The notes beneath the pieces were generated by a model. The model searched no databases and was not told the origin of the DNA. It saw only the letters and a list, made by a program, of their open reading frames with translations. From contig NMRA01000385.1 in NCBI GenBank assembly GCA_002633005.1, forward strand, positions 313,839 to 377,838: a stretch of 64,000 bases of DNA, read 5' to 3'. Position 1 is the stretch's first letter, and every line of letters starts with the position of its first letter. The translations under genes and the position numbers were made by a program. Positions 45,901-58,026 of this stretch are shown in pieces. Source of the DNA: Phoronis australis (lineage: Eukaryota > Animalia > Phoronida).

Positions 45901-48545
45901 TAGTTTATTAAGATTTGTTAAAGAAAAATATCAAAACGTGTTTCATACAACATAACGTGGGTTGGTTATAAGAATTTTGTCTTTATCTCAATTCTCAAGG
46001 TTGGCTTGCACCCTGTAAACAACATTGTTAACAGGCGCAAAGTGCATGATTATGTGGCGTTATTGCCAGTGTGAAGACCCGTCCCTGTTCCAACTTTAGT
46101 AAAAAAAAATTGATTATAGTTGTCATAAACAAATACATGACATCGCATTAGTTAAAGTGTCCCATTTGTGGCTACAGCATATAAAAATACTACCAATGAG
46201 TGGACAAATCAAAGCCATGAATGAAAAAGCAGGTCGCTAAGAATGCATCCTAGTGAAGATCAAGAAAAAAACTTAGGAAAATACTGTTCAACAATGGATG
46301 TCAGTCACTGGACGTTTTCTGCGGTCCTTTCCCCCTCGCTGGCGAAGGCCAGTGTTAGGGTTTTTAAAAGAGTTATTCATCACACAACGATACAGTCTCC
46401 TCGACTGTCTTTGACAGCAAATAACAATCTGATTTCAGATAAACATGTTCTTAGCACGCAGCACGTTTAACTGAATCCTTGAAATTTAAAGGGCGTATTG
46501 AAAATTATGTGACCGTATTTCTTTCTTCCAAAAATCAATGTCAAGACCATGAATCCACATTAAAAACGAAAGAATCTAGTATTCAAAATTAGAACTGGAC
46601 AACTTGTGTTTCATTGAACTATTACGTGCAAGATAATATCGAACCAAATATTATGTAATAGTGACATTTGATAGTATGACCCCTTTTTAATGTCATTTTT
46701 GCCACCAGTCCTTTGACTAATTAGAATCCCGATCCACTCACCATCTTCGCAATCATGGGGTATACCGCCTTCATAGGGAACCTGAAAATGTAAAGCAAAA
46801 GTTATCGCCGCCCTGATCGAGCTCATTTCACCGTGTTTAAGCAATTTTTAATTATCATTAAGTTTTAGAATAAAAATATCTCGGAAATTCTGTTTGAATA
46901 TCTAAAAGAAGTCTATGCATATAAACTCGTCGTTTTAAAAATTACATAAAATTTCCAAAGCAAAATTTATAATTCAGTTCCTTTTTTCGGGAATTTCTGT
47001 GCCCAGTTGCATAAAACAGTCTCAAATGAGGACTCAACGAAGTCCCTAAATCTTTTGCGTGTTTATGTCATTCTTTACTCACATTTTGTCTTACTTATGA
47101 GTTATTCTTTGTCTACTGATATTTCCTAAAAATATAACTAAAAACTGAGCCTTTAGTTCTATGAAGATAATTAGTGACTAAGCCCTTAAATTAGGGACGT
47201 TGCTCGAAAGATCTTATTTTCAGTAATAATGAGAATTCAAGGTACATGTAGAGTTCACTCTCAATTGGTGTCAGAGGCAAAAGTTGATTTAGTAATGAAA
47301 CTAAAACACCATCAGAACGGAAAATCAACTTTTTCAAAATCCACAAATATTTGGGGACCCTAAATTTATCCCTATTTGGGACTGTTTCATGCAAATGGGC
47401 ACAGGTCTCCGTTGAGCTATAATGGATAGCAAAGGTTTCTGGAGACCTGTTTATTATGCATGCTTTCGGCAACAAGGTTCAGCTGTAAATAACAGTTCCC
47501 TCCATTCATCATACTCGTAAGTAAGCGGTTGCAACGGATTGGCGTGAAACTGGTGAACATTCCGTAGTCGTAATATGCTCACGAAACGCAAGATCAAAAA
47601 ATTGCCATACTTTACACGTTGCTCGCTCGTTCTTGCGCCTACGGAACATAGCCTTGGTGATTGGTGAGCTTTGTCCGCTAATTCGTCACCCCGCTCCCAG
47701 GATAACAAGCTACACAAAAAGTCGTTGAAAACCACAAATTCCTTTGATACGAAGCATACTTTGTTGGTTTGCCTATTGTAAAGTGCCCCGTTAGATAACA
47801 TAGTTGTGTGATCCCCCAAGTCCCATGGGGTTTGGGAGAACTTCTCAGAAATTAGGACAATTAAAATACCAGAATACACTTATGATCTGTCGATATAGTA
47901 TTTGTGAGTTTCCCCTATAAATGATGGTCAACATTTTTGACATACAAATATTCTATACTAGATTTTGTCGTATTTTGTCCGACATGCACCATTTTTCCAG
48001 AATCTAGGGAGCAAATGGTTACTCACATCTAATGTGTTGTCATATCATACGCTCGCCATCTTTTTTCGACTCCCGAGGAGGGTGCCAGGATACGAAATAT
48101 TTCCATCCACCCTATTCTTCTGGGACAACTTTAAAAATTAGCAGCTTCTGTCAGGGTTCTACACTTAATGAAAGATTAAGAAACCTTGAGTAATGTACAG
48201 CGCTCAGAATCGGGTGGACTTTTTGTTTTAAATATGAAAACCTACCAGTCTTCCTGTCAGTGACTGTGACTTTGGCAGAGACAGGATTTTGGAACCTGGC
48301 AAATCCGACAGCGGTCCATCTTCGACGAGACTACACTCGAGTCTTTCCAGGTCGTAGGCGACAAACCTGCAATTGTTCTCGCGAAAAGAACAATGGTCGA
48401 AGCACTGCAATAGAGTTTTTGATTCAACTCTTTTATAAACAAGCGACGAGTCCAGCGTGGTATTCTTGTATGTTTCGCCCAAAAACTGTCGACTAGACGC
48501 AAATGTAAAGCCAAAAAACGAAGTCAGAACTGCTAGTGCATGCAT
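42998..48545 (-). CDS. Secreted PAN/apple-like + fibrinogen C-terminal domain (FReD) protein, 3 exons, 309 aa
   Basis: Exons 48545-48246 (signal peptide; QCFDHC..C..C PAN-like pattern; donor GTAGGT, phase 0), 46781-46742 (VPYEGGIPHDCED; donor GTGAGT, phase 1) and 43587-42998 ([47 protein letters not shown], GAWWY). Sum 930 nt = 310 codons. Confidence 0.9.
43990..44146 (-). pseudogene. Possible Tc1/mariner (DUF4817-type HTH) transposase N-terminal remnant
   Basis: RKQFSFEEQKFITQYYWK...IFP resembles the start of DUF4817 transposases from recalled consensus; short and truncated. Confidence 0.35.
44599..44738. mobile_element. Second copy of the hAT-like MITE at 559-726
   Basis: Colinear similarity with 559-726 and inverted termini. 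Confidence 0.7.
44906..45594. repeat. ~690-bp segment duplicated at 53866-54541 (end of a DNA-transposon-like family)
   Basis: Colinear similarity; both copies end at GAATATGGACCTTGATTGTG. Confidence 0.85.
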
Positions 48546-48594
48546 TATCGGATAGTTTCAAATTTTGAAGCTGCATTGAACAACGCTCGTTCGT

Positions 48595-48601
48595 TTTTAT
48601 A
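48595..48601 (-). promoter_or_regulatory. Candidate TATA box of the PAN-FReD gene
   Basis: TATAAAA on the - strand about 50 nt upstream of the ATG at 48545. Confidence 0.55.
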
Positions 48602-49734
48602 TTCCTACATCCTCCTTAATTATTGTATAATAGCTTTCATCAAAACAAATGTTCTCACATGTTTGTTGTTGGTTCTCTTTACTTGCTTGGAGGTAAGCCG
48701 ATTTGAATAACGGCGAACAAATTTGAGAAACAATAATCTACCGACATGGCCGGATATGAGCTAATACCGCGACATAATAGTGCATTGTCGTGGAGTCCAC
48801 GATGCTAAGCTCAGCACTGCTCAAGAGGAATTACGCAAATTCTGACCAAGGCCTTACAAGCGAAAATAAGACAAGGACCGTTTAAAGAATCAGAATCAGT
48901 GCGGATGTCTATTGTATGTAGGCCTTGGTCTCATTATACACTGGCAATTGAGTACAACCTTAAGCTCTGCTCTAATTAGCACCGTTGCTCTTGAAAATAT
49001 AGAATGCCAGGCTTTTTATTTCACAAGGATCATGACTTTGAAAATAGTTACTGACTACTCTTGCATGATCATTCATTTTCATTAACACAGTTCGGCGCTC
49101 GTCACTCAGGACACGGCAGTGACACATAAAATGAAAATCGTTTTCAATCTCACCAGTGTTGCAGATGCCACAGTTCTTTTACTTCACACTGCACGTCCGT
49201 TTTGAAAAAATTGACATTTAATCGAATTTTAGTTCTATGGAGCTACTTTTGAGCATCACAGTCAATTCTGATAGGAATAAATCTGTGTCACCCGGTCCCT
49301 TATATAACCATACCTCTCCAAACGTGTGGGTATACAGAAGCATCAGTTTTCACAGAATGCTCAGTGCCTGCAATAGTAGTGCTACCGGAGCATATTGTAA
49401 CACTGAATTTTGGATGCCTGGCTTCAACTGAAGCAGTCTGGTCCAGTAGACAATATAATAAGTGCACAACGTATTTCGTCCGCACACGGCGCCCCGAGCC
49501 ATGGGGTTTAGATTTTTTCACACGCAGACAGGGTGTCTTTGTTAGCATAATTATGGACACTTTCTATAAAATTGACAATTGAGATATCCCAAATATATAT
49601 AAGGTCAGTCGTTATGTTCTTTTGTTTTCGGCTAATCAAACATGCCAAATGATAAGTAATGTGAAAATAAAAAAGTATTGCGTAGCTAAAACCATTCCTT
49701 GAGAATCGACAAATCAATGGTATCGCTACTTTAA

Positions 49735-50097
49735 AGGCGAATGTAACCTTTTTATGTCATTGTCAGTAAAAATAAGGTTCGATGATCATCCAAGACATAC
49801 TGTTCAGTTAATTACAGGTTCTCGTAAAGTAATTAATTACTCGTGGCAGGATCTGGAAGTGACGCTTTGGGAGTCAAGAATTACTCGCCTTTTCTTTTCA
49901 TATAGTCTGACTGTGTGAGCTGCTGAGTGAGCCATTGTTATACCTCGGTTGTAATAAGTTCGGACATCGTTTGCTTTTGTTTACGAGTCAGTCAACATGC
50001 CACACAGTTGCTGCCTAGCGGGAAGTACTCATTATCGTCTCACGTGCACTCTGGGAGTACCATTACATCGCTTTCCGAAAGATGACACACTTCGCCG
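49735..50097 (+). mobile_element. Truncated left end of the same Kolobok-type family as 10196-11512
   Basis: TTAA-AGGCGAA start, colinear with 10196-10560 through the THAP start (ATGCCACAC...CGCTTTCCGAAAGATGACACACT). Confidence 0.85.
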
Positions 50098-50675
50098 AAC
50101 GAAGAGTCAATGATTGCTTTTTGCAAGAATGGAACACAGACGTGCAAAATAATTTAAAAATTGTGTACACTTTTCAAAACGACTTTTATCTTGAAACATA
50201 TTTTTCATTCAAGTTACGACTCTGCTTTATCAGTTCCCTTGCAAGATTCCGTTGTTCAAACCACAGACTGATGGTCGAGGTAGGCCGACACTTATCAATC
50301 GACGAAGACATCCGAATATGTTGTTTATGTAACCAGAACCTTGGTTATAATTTTATTGAGGATGGATATCACTTTATTTACATATGTCCATTTTATGATG
50401 ATCTGAGAATTAGAATGTTACCTAGAATATATTGGACCAATCCGAATAATCGTGGATTTCTAACTAAAGTTTAATGAAAACTTCTGATCCCAGTGTGCTT
50501 AAAAACCTATTCTAATCAAATTTTTATATCATACTTCTGTTTTAAGACAAAAACTACTTGACGATTGAAACTACTTCACATGCGTATGGTTATTTACTGT
50601 ATTTTATTGTTTTGATATGTAAATACTGTGGGCCGATGGCCTCGAGTATGAATAAAAGTTTGACAAATAAATGAA
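50098..50675 (+). mobile_element. 5'-truncated non-LTR retrotransposon 3' end (RTEX-like C-terminal CCHC region)
   Basis: LARFRCSNHRLMVEVGRH...RICCLC...IEDGYHFIYICPFYDDLR motif, followed by a 3' UTR with AATAAA repeats. Confidence 0.8.
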
Positions 50676-51712
50676 AGCGCTCTGAAGAGCAACACTAATT
50701 TTTAAAGAAATGAAAGGTGAGATCGACGACGAAACCAAGAACGTCAACCATGAAAGGGCTCGGAGGAGCGACACTCAGCGAAATAAACTGAAAGGACCTC
50801 ACCTGGATGATGGTGACGAGGAAGAGGATGATGATGGTGATTGTAAGATACTTCACGTTTGTTTGCTCCGGGTGGCTCATGGTCACGTGTATATTCATGG
50901 CTGAATAGACTGAATGTAATTTGCATGTGACCTGACCCTCATTTCAGTATAAGTGTTGTGTGCTGACTCGATTTACTCACATTGTGGCAGTGCATATTTG
51001 GCGTCAGTGAGGAGAGCCAGGGAGCGGCAGTATTGAGGTATTTTTCATGGTGTTTTCGTATTTGGTATTTCCGAATTTGCATTTTGTCTGTATCTGTGAG
51101 GTTTGCTATGCATTTTGTTTTTTATTTTTAGAACTGAAACAGAGAAGAACTGTGAGAATGTCAATGAGAAATGTTTCACGTCTCTCAATAAAGCACTTTT
51201 AAAAGATATTAACTCCTCTTGACTTGCCAAACACTCACAGTGATGTTACCGATGAACGTGAAGATAACAATCGTATGACCAGCGAAGATATCCGAAATTA
51301 GTAATATATAGGCTATAGTCTTGTTCAACAGAAGGTAAATCAAAAAAAACGCAGCAAAATCAGTCAACTAAGGAACAGCGTTAACAGAACATTTCAAATA
51401 ATTCGAAAAATAGGCGTTCTAGCGAAAAATGGAAAACATCTTCAGAACGACCGTTCAAAACTCTATCTAGCAAACGTAGTTTCAGAAAATTCCACGAAAT
51501 ATTTGAAAATTTTCAAATTTTGCATTTTTTTCCAAATCCAAAGTCAAATAACTCAAAAACGGTAAATCTGAGAAAAAAATTGTTTCAGGTGATTTGAAAG
51601 AGTTATACCTCAAAGAATCCACATGCAAAAATTCACGTCATTTGCTCTTCCTGTTCAAAATGGCACCCTAGTACGATTGAAAATGGGTGAAAATGCGCCA
51701 AATCTACCATCT

Positions 51713-52345
51713 TGAAAGCAACTTCCGGTCACGCAGCACTTAATAATAGCTACTGAGCTACAAATAAACTAACACCAGAAAAATTTGGAGGCAATTGGTC
51801 CTACAATGCTCCCTATACAGGTCAAAATGTATTCATCCCAAAATTGAGGTGCGCATGAGCAATGGCCGATATTTCTGCCACCTTTAACCGGAAGGTAATG
51901 ATCTCCCGTACATTTGTAGCACACTTTCTCAACAACGACTGTACAAATTTTCAACCATCAACGTCAAAATTGCGACCTCTTTAAGCATTTGAATCAGAAT
52001 TCCAAAGCAAAATGGCCGCCACGTCCGTCATTTTGAATCCGATCATGAATGAACAAAACAAGAAGGTTTCAGTACTTCCGGGACTACAGGTTTTGCGTGA
52101 ATGTCGTGGAAATCGGACGAAAAATCCAACCTGTAGAATACGAACAAACAATTACTAAGGCTGTGGGGATAACAAATAACATGAAAGCAACTTCCGGTAA
52201 TGCAGCACTCGATAAAAGCATGTCACCGGAAACTAACACATGGAAAATTTCGAAGCAATAGGTCCTACAATGCGCCCTCTACAGGATAAAACGTTTTCGT
52301 CCCGAAATCGAGGTACGCATGCGCAATTCCCGAGAGCCGACTGTG
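51713..52345. repeat. ~150-bp direct repeats (51713-51865, 52182-52328) ending at a CACAGT-type terminus
   Basis: TGAAAGCAACTTCCGGT...GGTCCTACAATGC...CGCATG.GCAAT occurs twice; ends ...GCCGACTGTG followed by TTA. Confidence 0.65.
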
Positions 52346-52859
52346 TTACGGTCTAAAATAAATTTTTTGGTCACTTAGCAAATGACAACTGAATCTCATA
52401 TGCAAAGAGGTATTTAGTTGTGCAAATTAAAAAAAGAATCATCAAAATCGGAAAATGTTTGAGAAATTTATGCATGTTTTTGTCTATGAATTTCGTGCAT
52501 TTTTAGCGTTACGAGTGGCCATTTTAAAAATTACAATTTTCAATTTTCAACAGTAGAAAAGAAATTTATTTTATCAAGTAAGCGATTGTTTTGACATGAC
52601 GGGAATAACTTGAGTCGCTTTCAGAATCACTTAGACAGAGTTGTGCTTAATCATTGAGAAATTGTAGGGTTCATCATAAAACAGGCACTCATTACGAAAT
52701 TCTGCGTTTCTAACCCTCACCTACTGTAAAAAGATTTAAAAACTAAATTTTACACTCTGTTATCAAAAGAATTGTAGAATATGTTAGCCTAGGCAACACA
52801 GCAAATTATTCAATATCTAAACAAACCAAAAGTTTGGATATTGACAGGGTTCTGCTATG

Positions 52860-54541
52860 GTGAAAATGGGCCAAAAAGGCCAACAAAATGTAGTGTACGT
52901 ACACCCACGTGGAATTCAATAACACAAATTGTCATTGCAAATGAAATTATTGCTTTTAGATAACAACATGGTGCTTATTATCACCAAAGAAAAATAAATG
53001 GCCATACAACATTATGTTACCATGTGATGCAGAAACAGTGATGTAGTGTACGTACCCCCTTTTGTAGTGTACGTACCCCCATGTTTACAAATGCCATGAA
53101 ATTAAAATAACACTTGGTAAGTGAGCAACATTGGTAGTGGACAGTTTCCTTCCTTAAAACTATTAGGTTAAAAGGGTGTTTATTGCAAATACATTTGTTT
53201 TGAGCGAAATATTAGCCTTTGTGTAGTGTACGTACACCCATATTTTAATTTGTGCCTATTTTCAAAGTATGGCAAATATGCGCATGAATGCTGTGCTTTT
53301 TACTTTTTATCGTTGAATTGATTTAGTAAATCAGTAGATTCTTAGTATTTATTTATGAACCTAGCATGTCATTGAAATGTAGTGTACGTACCCCGATGTG
53401 AACAAATACCAAGAAACAAAAATATTACGCGGTAAGTATGCAACATTTGTCACACACAGTTTTCTCCATTAAAAATGCTAGGTTATAAGGGTGTTAATTA
53501 CAAATGCATTTGTTTTGAGTAAAATATTAGCATTTGTGTAGTGTACATACCGCTATGTTTTAACATGTGCCTGTTTTCAAAGAATAACAGACAGATATAC
53601 ACATATATGCTGTACTTTTTGTTTGTTCTCTTTGAATAAATTTGGTAAGTGAACTAACTCTCAGTAGATTCTAAGTATTTTTATATACCTGACAAGTCAC
53701 TGAAATCCAGTTTAGGTACCCCTGTGTAGTGTACGTACCTTCAACCTCTGTGCTATAAAGTATTGCCACAAGTATTTTTATTACATAACTGCTGTTCTCA
53801 TAAACAGTACTCATATTTCCAAAATGCATCCAGTCTGACATTCTGGAAGACATGTCATGTGACAACTGATGTTGCAGAGGCAGGTTCTCTATCTCTCATG
53901 ACAACTTCCAACAAAACAACTAGTAGAGGCAGCACAAAACTCAAGATCACCGCATACATTTGTAACTTAGTCAAAATTTGACGTTCATTGACTGTGCGTA
54001 GAGTACGTACCCCCCAACCAGTACCATTTTTTGCTGTTCACAAGTTAAACATTGGGCCTAACATTGCTTTAACTATTTTGAATAACTGGTGAATGTGTTG
54101 AAAACTAGGCAAATAGTCCAATAAAAGTTTTTGAAAAAAGTAGTCCTGTCATTTTCTTTTTGTAAGAATCATATTGCAAGAGAAGAAGTTCTCATTATAC
54201 TGTGTTAAGACATGCAATGTATCACCATCTAGAACAACTTGATCAGCACGGTAAAAACTTTTCTTACTTTAGTATGTGATACTTCTTCAATTTGATCAAG
54301 AACTTACTAAATTAACAGCTACCTTATGAATTTTTGCATGATAGAAGTGGGCTGTGACCACAATTTGTAGTGTGCGTACCCTTTTAATAGGACATAAAAT
54401 TTTATTCGGTGGTTCTTGTGCAAAAATATTTTAGATTACAAACCTGGAATGATGGTACTTCAAAATAACCTAGCTTTTACAGTTTTATGACAACCTTCAT
54501 TTTTCACCAAAAGTGGCCACCGAATATGGACCTTGATTGTG
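52860..54541. mobile_element. Element with repeated GTAGTGTACGTACCC motif and a CACAATC terminus (Transib-like end, left boundary uncertain)
   Basis: Motif near 52890, 53043, 53064, 53223, 53379, 53538, 53726, 53998 and 54367; ~315-bp internal duplication (53064-53378 vs 53379-53690). Confidence 0.6.
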
Positions 54542-56600
54542 TTTTGCACGCACGTAATTTGTAAACACTGATAAATTCATACTTTAACGACGTTCGACGT
54601 GCAATAAAATTACTGCGTGATTGAAAATGGCTAAAATACGTAAACTAACATCCACTTAGAATCGAATGAGAATGAAAATGTGCGTTTTAATCAATATTGA
54701 AGTGCATTTGCTTTCATCCATTTGAAGCTCTCTTCAAAAACCATTCGATGGTTTTGTTTCATGATTGAGTTCTTAATAAGGCAAATTCCCGTTCCTCATA
54801 ACTTTTCATACCTCCATGGACTACATAATTTTAGTGATTACTCCTGGGGGTTCAGGGGGGAGTTGCCCCCAAGTGCCAGCAAAGAGGTACAAGGGAGGAG
54901 TGCAAACCAGGTGCCGGGCGCCAAATGGGTGTTGACCCCACCCAGGAGGGTATATGGGAGGAGTTCTAAACAGGTAAAACCAATGGGGTATGCCACATGA
55001 GTGTTGAGCCCCTCCCATCGTCACAAATTTTGGTTGTTTCCCTGACCATTGACAACATGTGCTGAGGTGGTGATAAGATTTGCGGCCCTCGTTTTGAGCG
55101 TGACCCCAAGGACATTTGCTTGTAATGACTGGTGGCCATCATGCCCCAGTACCATCCTGGGTGTTTTCCAACTTTTCATTACAAAGTGCTTCCAGCTCAC
55201 TGCGCGTTTCATGTCCACCTAAGGCAATTTTGAATGTGTTCCCTATTGCATACACCAGGCTGCTACCAGTGCAGACAATTGGTTTGTGCAGTAGGTGTAA
55301 CACAAGTTAGAAATAGAAAGGAAGACAATACATCACTACCACAACACTGTATTCCATTATGATGCTCCCTCACGTATAATGTTAGTAGACGTACATTGAC
55401 AACAAAGTATCTGCAGAAGGCAAGGCCTAGCCTGTGCAGTAGCCTGCACTGCAGACGATAGCGGCACCGGGACTGCGATCGAGTTGTCTTCCAACCGTGA
55501 ACAAAATAAACAAAATGAAAGTCAATGTATCATATATTAATTGAATAACAAATAATCCTTACATTTCTGGATCTTTTGGAAACGTAAAAATGACACGTTT
55601 GGGGTTTTCGTGGATGAATTAGTGCCATTTATCGCAGTGCAAAATGCGCCCTCCCCTATTGTTCTCGCGCTTCCTACTTGACCGTTTCTTATTCACCACT
55701 TGTGGCGCTAGTAATAGCGATAACAGCGAACTCACGACTGAACTCCAGCTGGAACCTTGCGTGCCGTTAGGTGGCCAGTAGCCAGCACGCAGATATCACT
55801 TAATTTTCCACGGGAAATTTGTTGCATAAAATTTATGTTCAGGAAATGTGAATCCTAAAAATTGTGGTTGCGCCTTTTCGCAATGCATCTTTCTACTGTC
55901 GTCGGATGACTTTTGTTTACGATACTGTCCTGTATTCATACAGTATGAATAACACAGCGGTTAAATCGGCCAGATATGTGTTTAATGTACATGTAAGTGC
56001 TTCAAGCACGCGGCTATTAAACATCACTTCAGAAACGAAATAGTTGCTGCGACGCCACTTGTTTGACAATGCTAAAAATCGTTCACAGTCCGCCATTTTT
56101 TTCACGGTGTTGTAAAGCTAACCAATGACTGCTGAGGTTACATCAACCAATGCTAAAGCGCGTGCCACTGCGTGAACCTGCGTGCTGGCCAGGCACTTAG
56201 GGGACCAGCGACAAGTGAACTCTCCTATTATATACTACACTCTTTGCTTCCAGTACTTCTGGAAGTACAGTTGTGTGTAAATTTCGTTCTGATCTGACGA
56301 AATTGGCAACGTGTATAATGCAAACAAGCAAAAAATTAGTGTCGCCAGGTAACAAAAACCAACAAAAGTGCAGCAAAACTCAAACAACAAAAGAGCAGCG
56401 TCAATGGAAAATACCGAATAATTAAAAAAGAGACCTCCTAGCGAAAAATAGAAAACATATTCTGGAAGCCTGTTCAAAACTTTATCCAACAAAGCAGTTT
56501 CACAAAATTTCACATTTTCGAAAAATTTCAAATTTTGCAATTTTCACATTTAACCTTTTTACACAACATAGCTATTGTTTAACAAAAGGATAGGTTTCAG

Positions 56601-56850
56601 AGACGTCTCTGTGACAGATTGAGAGAACATCACACTTCAGACAAAAGCTGAATAAAATGCAGAGTTCAGTGACCCAACAGCTATGGTGATGACTTGTTTA
56701 CTATTTCCTGTTTCCGTTTCATTGTTGCACTCATTTCACTTCATGGATGTAACCTGACCTGTATGTCGACACTTGATGTCTGATTGTTTGTATTCTGGTG
56801 ATGTCTAATGAATGGACGAAACGTCCAATTAATATGAATTAACTTTTTCA
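56601..56850 (+). mobile_element. Penelope-like remnant: GIY-YIG fragment plus degenerate minimal hammerhead
   Basis: 56601-56630 encodes RRLCDRLREH; CTAATGA-ATGGAC-GAAACGTC at 56805-56825. Confidence 0.45.
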
Positions 56851-57418
56851 TTTTTGCGGCGATTGTTCGTTTTTTGATTCCATCATGGCCAAAAAATGAC
56901 GTAATTACCTTTGAAACTGGGCTTCAATTACATGTAGCAAGCACATAATATGTAAATCTGAAGTGGCATTCTCAATATTTAAGTTTGCACTCAACGGCCT
57001 TTTACCTATTTTATCTGATTGGACGGCCTGATTGCTTAGAAAAATGGTGTAAATGTTTCTTTTTGGTGCATCATAAACCTTTGTAGTGGAATTATTGCAG
57101 TCCGTGGAAAGTGTGGTTAATGCTGGCAACGTACCACAGGTGCCTAGCTGTTGATACATCGGAATACATGTTGAATGAATTGGTTAAAATTTCAGAAGTA
57201 CAATACACTTAATGACCCCGTGCTGATACGCGGAGTATAACTATTGGCCGTCCAAATAGGTCATGGCGATTTCAAGAGAAATGGATGCGGTGGACATTCC
57301 ACTCTCAGACAATTGTTTCAAGCTCAGAAAATTGATGACGTGGTGAGCAATTAGCAAAAATAGTTCCATAACCAAATCTGACTCAAACTTAATGTTAGGC
57401 ATCCTGTATAGAATTTAA

Positions 57419-57670
57419 AGGGGCGCTCTACTGTTATATGGGATTCGATTTGTGTTCCTTGGAAACGACCACGGAGTGTGCCAAAATGCCATCTACGGTC
57501 CCGCCAGCCACCACAGATGGCTCCGTAGTCAACAAATCCCCACATTGACGTCAAATGTGTGTCAGACCGTGTGACAGTGGGTTGTTGTGTGCATAATTGT
57601 TACGAATATAAAACGTAGAGAAAATCAAACAATATTCCACAGGTTTCCAAATGACCCAGGAGTGCTTCAA
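57419..57670 (+). mobile_element. Left end of another TTAA/AGG THAP element
   Basis: TTAA-AGGGGCGC start; degenerate THAP N-terminus GCCVHNC...IFHRFPNDP at about 57575-57660. Confidence 0.55.
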
Positions 57671-57711
57671 GTGCTTAAAAATATTTTTGAAAATGTATTA
57701 TGGTAAATAAC

Positions 57712-58026
57712 TGCGGATTGAAAATCCATAATTACAGATTGCCGATCCATTAAAAGAAATGTATATCAGTAATAACGGATTGGCAATACATAATAATTGG
57801 TTGCGACTCTGTACTTACAGATTGCCAATCCGTAGTAAAGGATTGCAAATACGTAGTTACAGATTGACAATCCGTACTTACAGACTAGCAATCCGTAAGA
57901 ACAGCTGGAATGGTCATTGAAACATATCACAAATCCTTAATTAAACACCAGTAATTCGTAATAGCAGATTTCTTGACAATCCATAACACAATCGATTTTT
58001 TTTTCTGGCATTAATGGTCCTTCGTA
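57712..58026. repeat. ~21-bp minisatellite with palindromic core, inside a MITE-like end
   Basis: TTACAGATTGCCAATCCGTA-like units at 57712-57900; region ends ATTAATGGTCCTTCG-TA. Confidence 0.6.

Noticed and set aside
50710-50904. Acidic ORF (DDGDEEEDDDGD) followed by GTAAG as a possible exon
   Set aside because: No acceptor or partner exons found; lies among transposon debris.
51236-51270. RAG recombination signal (CACAGTG heptamer)
   Set aside because: No ACAAAAACC-like nonamer at 12 or 23 bp and no RAG-like coding sequence nearby.
52890-54380. CRISPR-like array of repeated 15-mers
   Set aside because: Eukaryotic context, irregular spacing of roughly 20-370 bp, spacers that are themselves duplicated, and no cas genes.
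55021-55218. Possible BED zinc-finger remnant (KRAVSWKHF...)
   Set aside because: The Cys pair is missing and no transposon termini could be tied to it.
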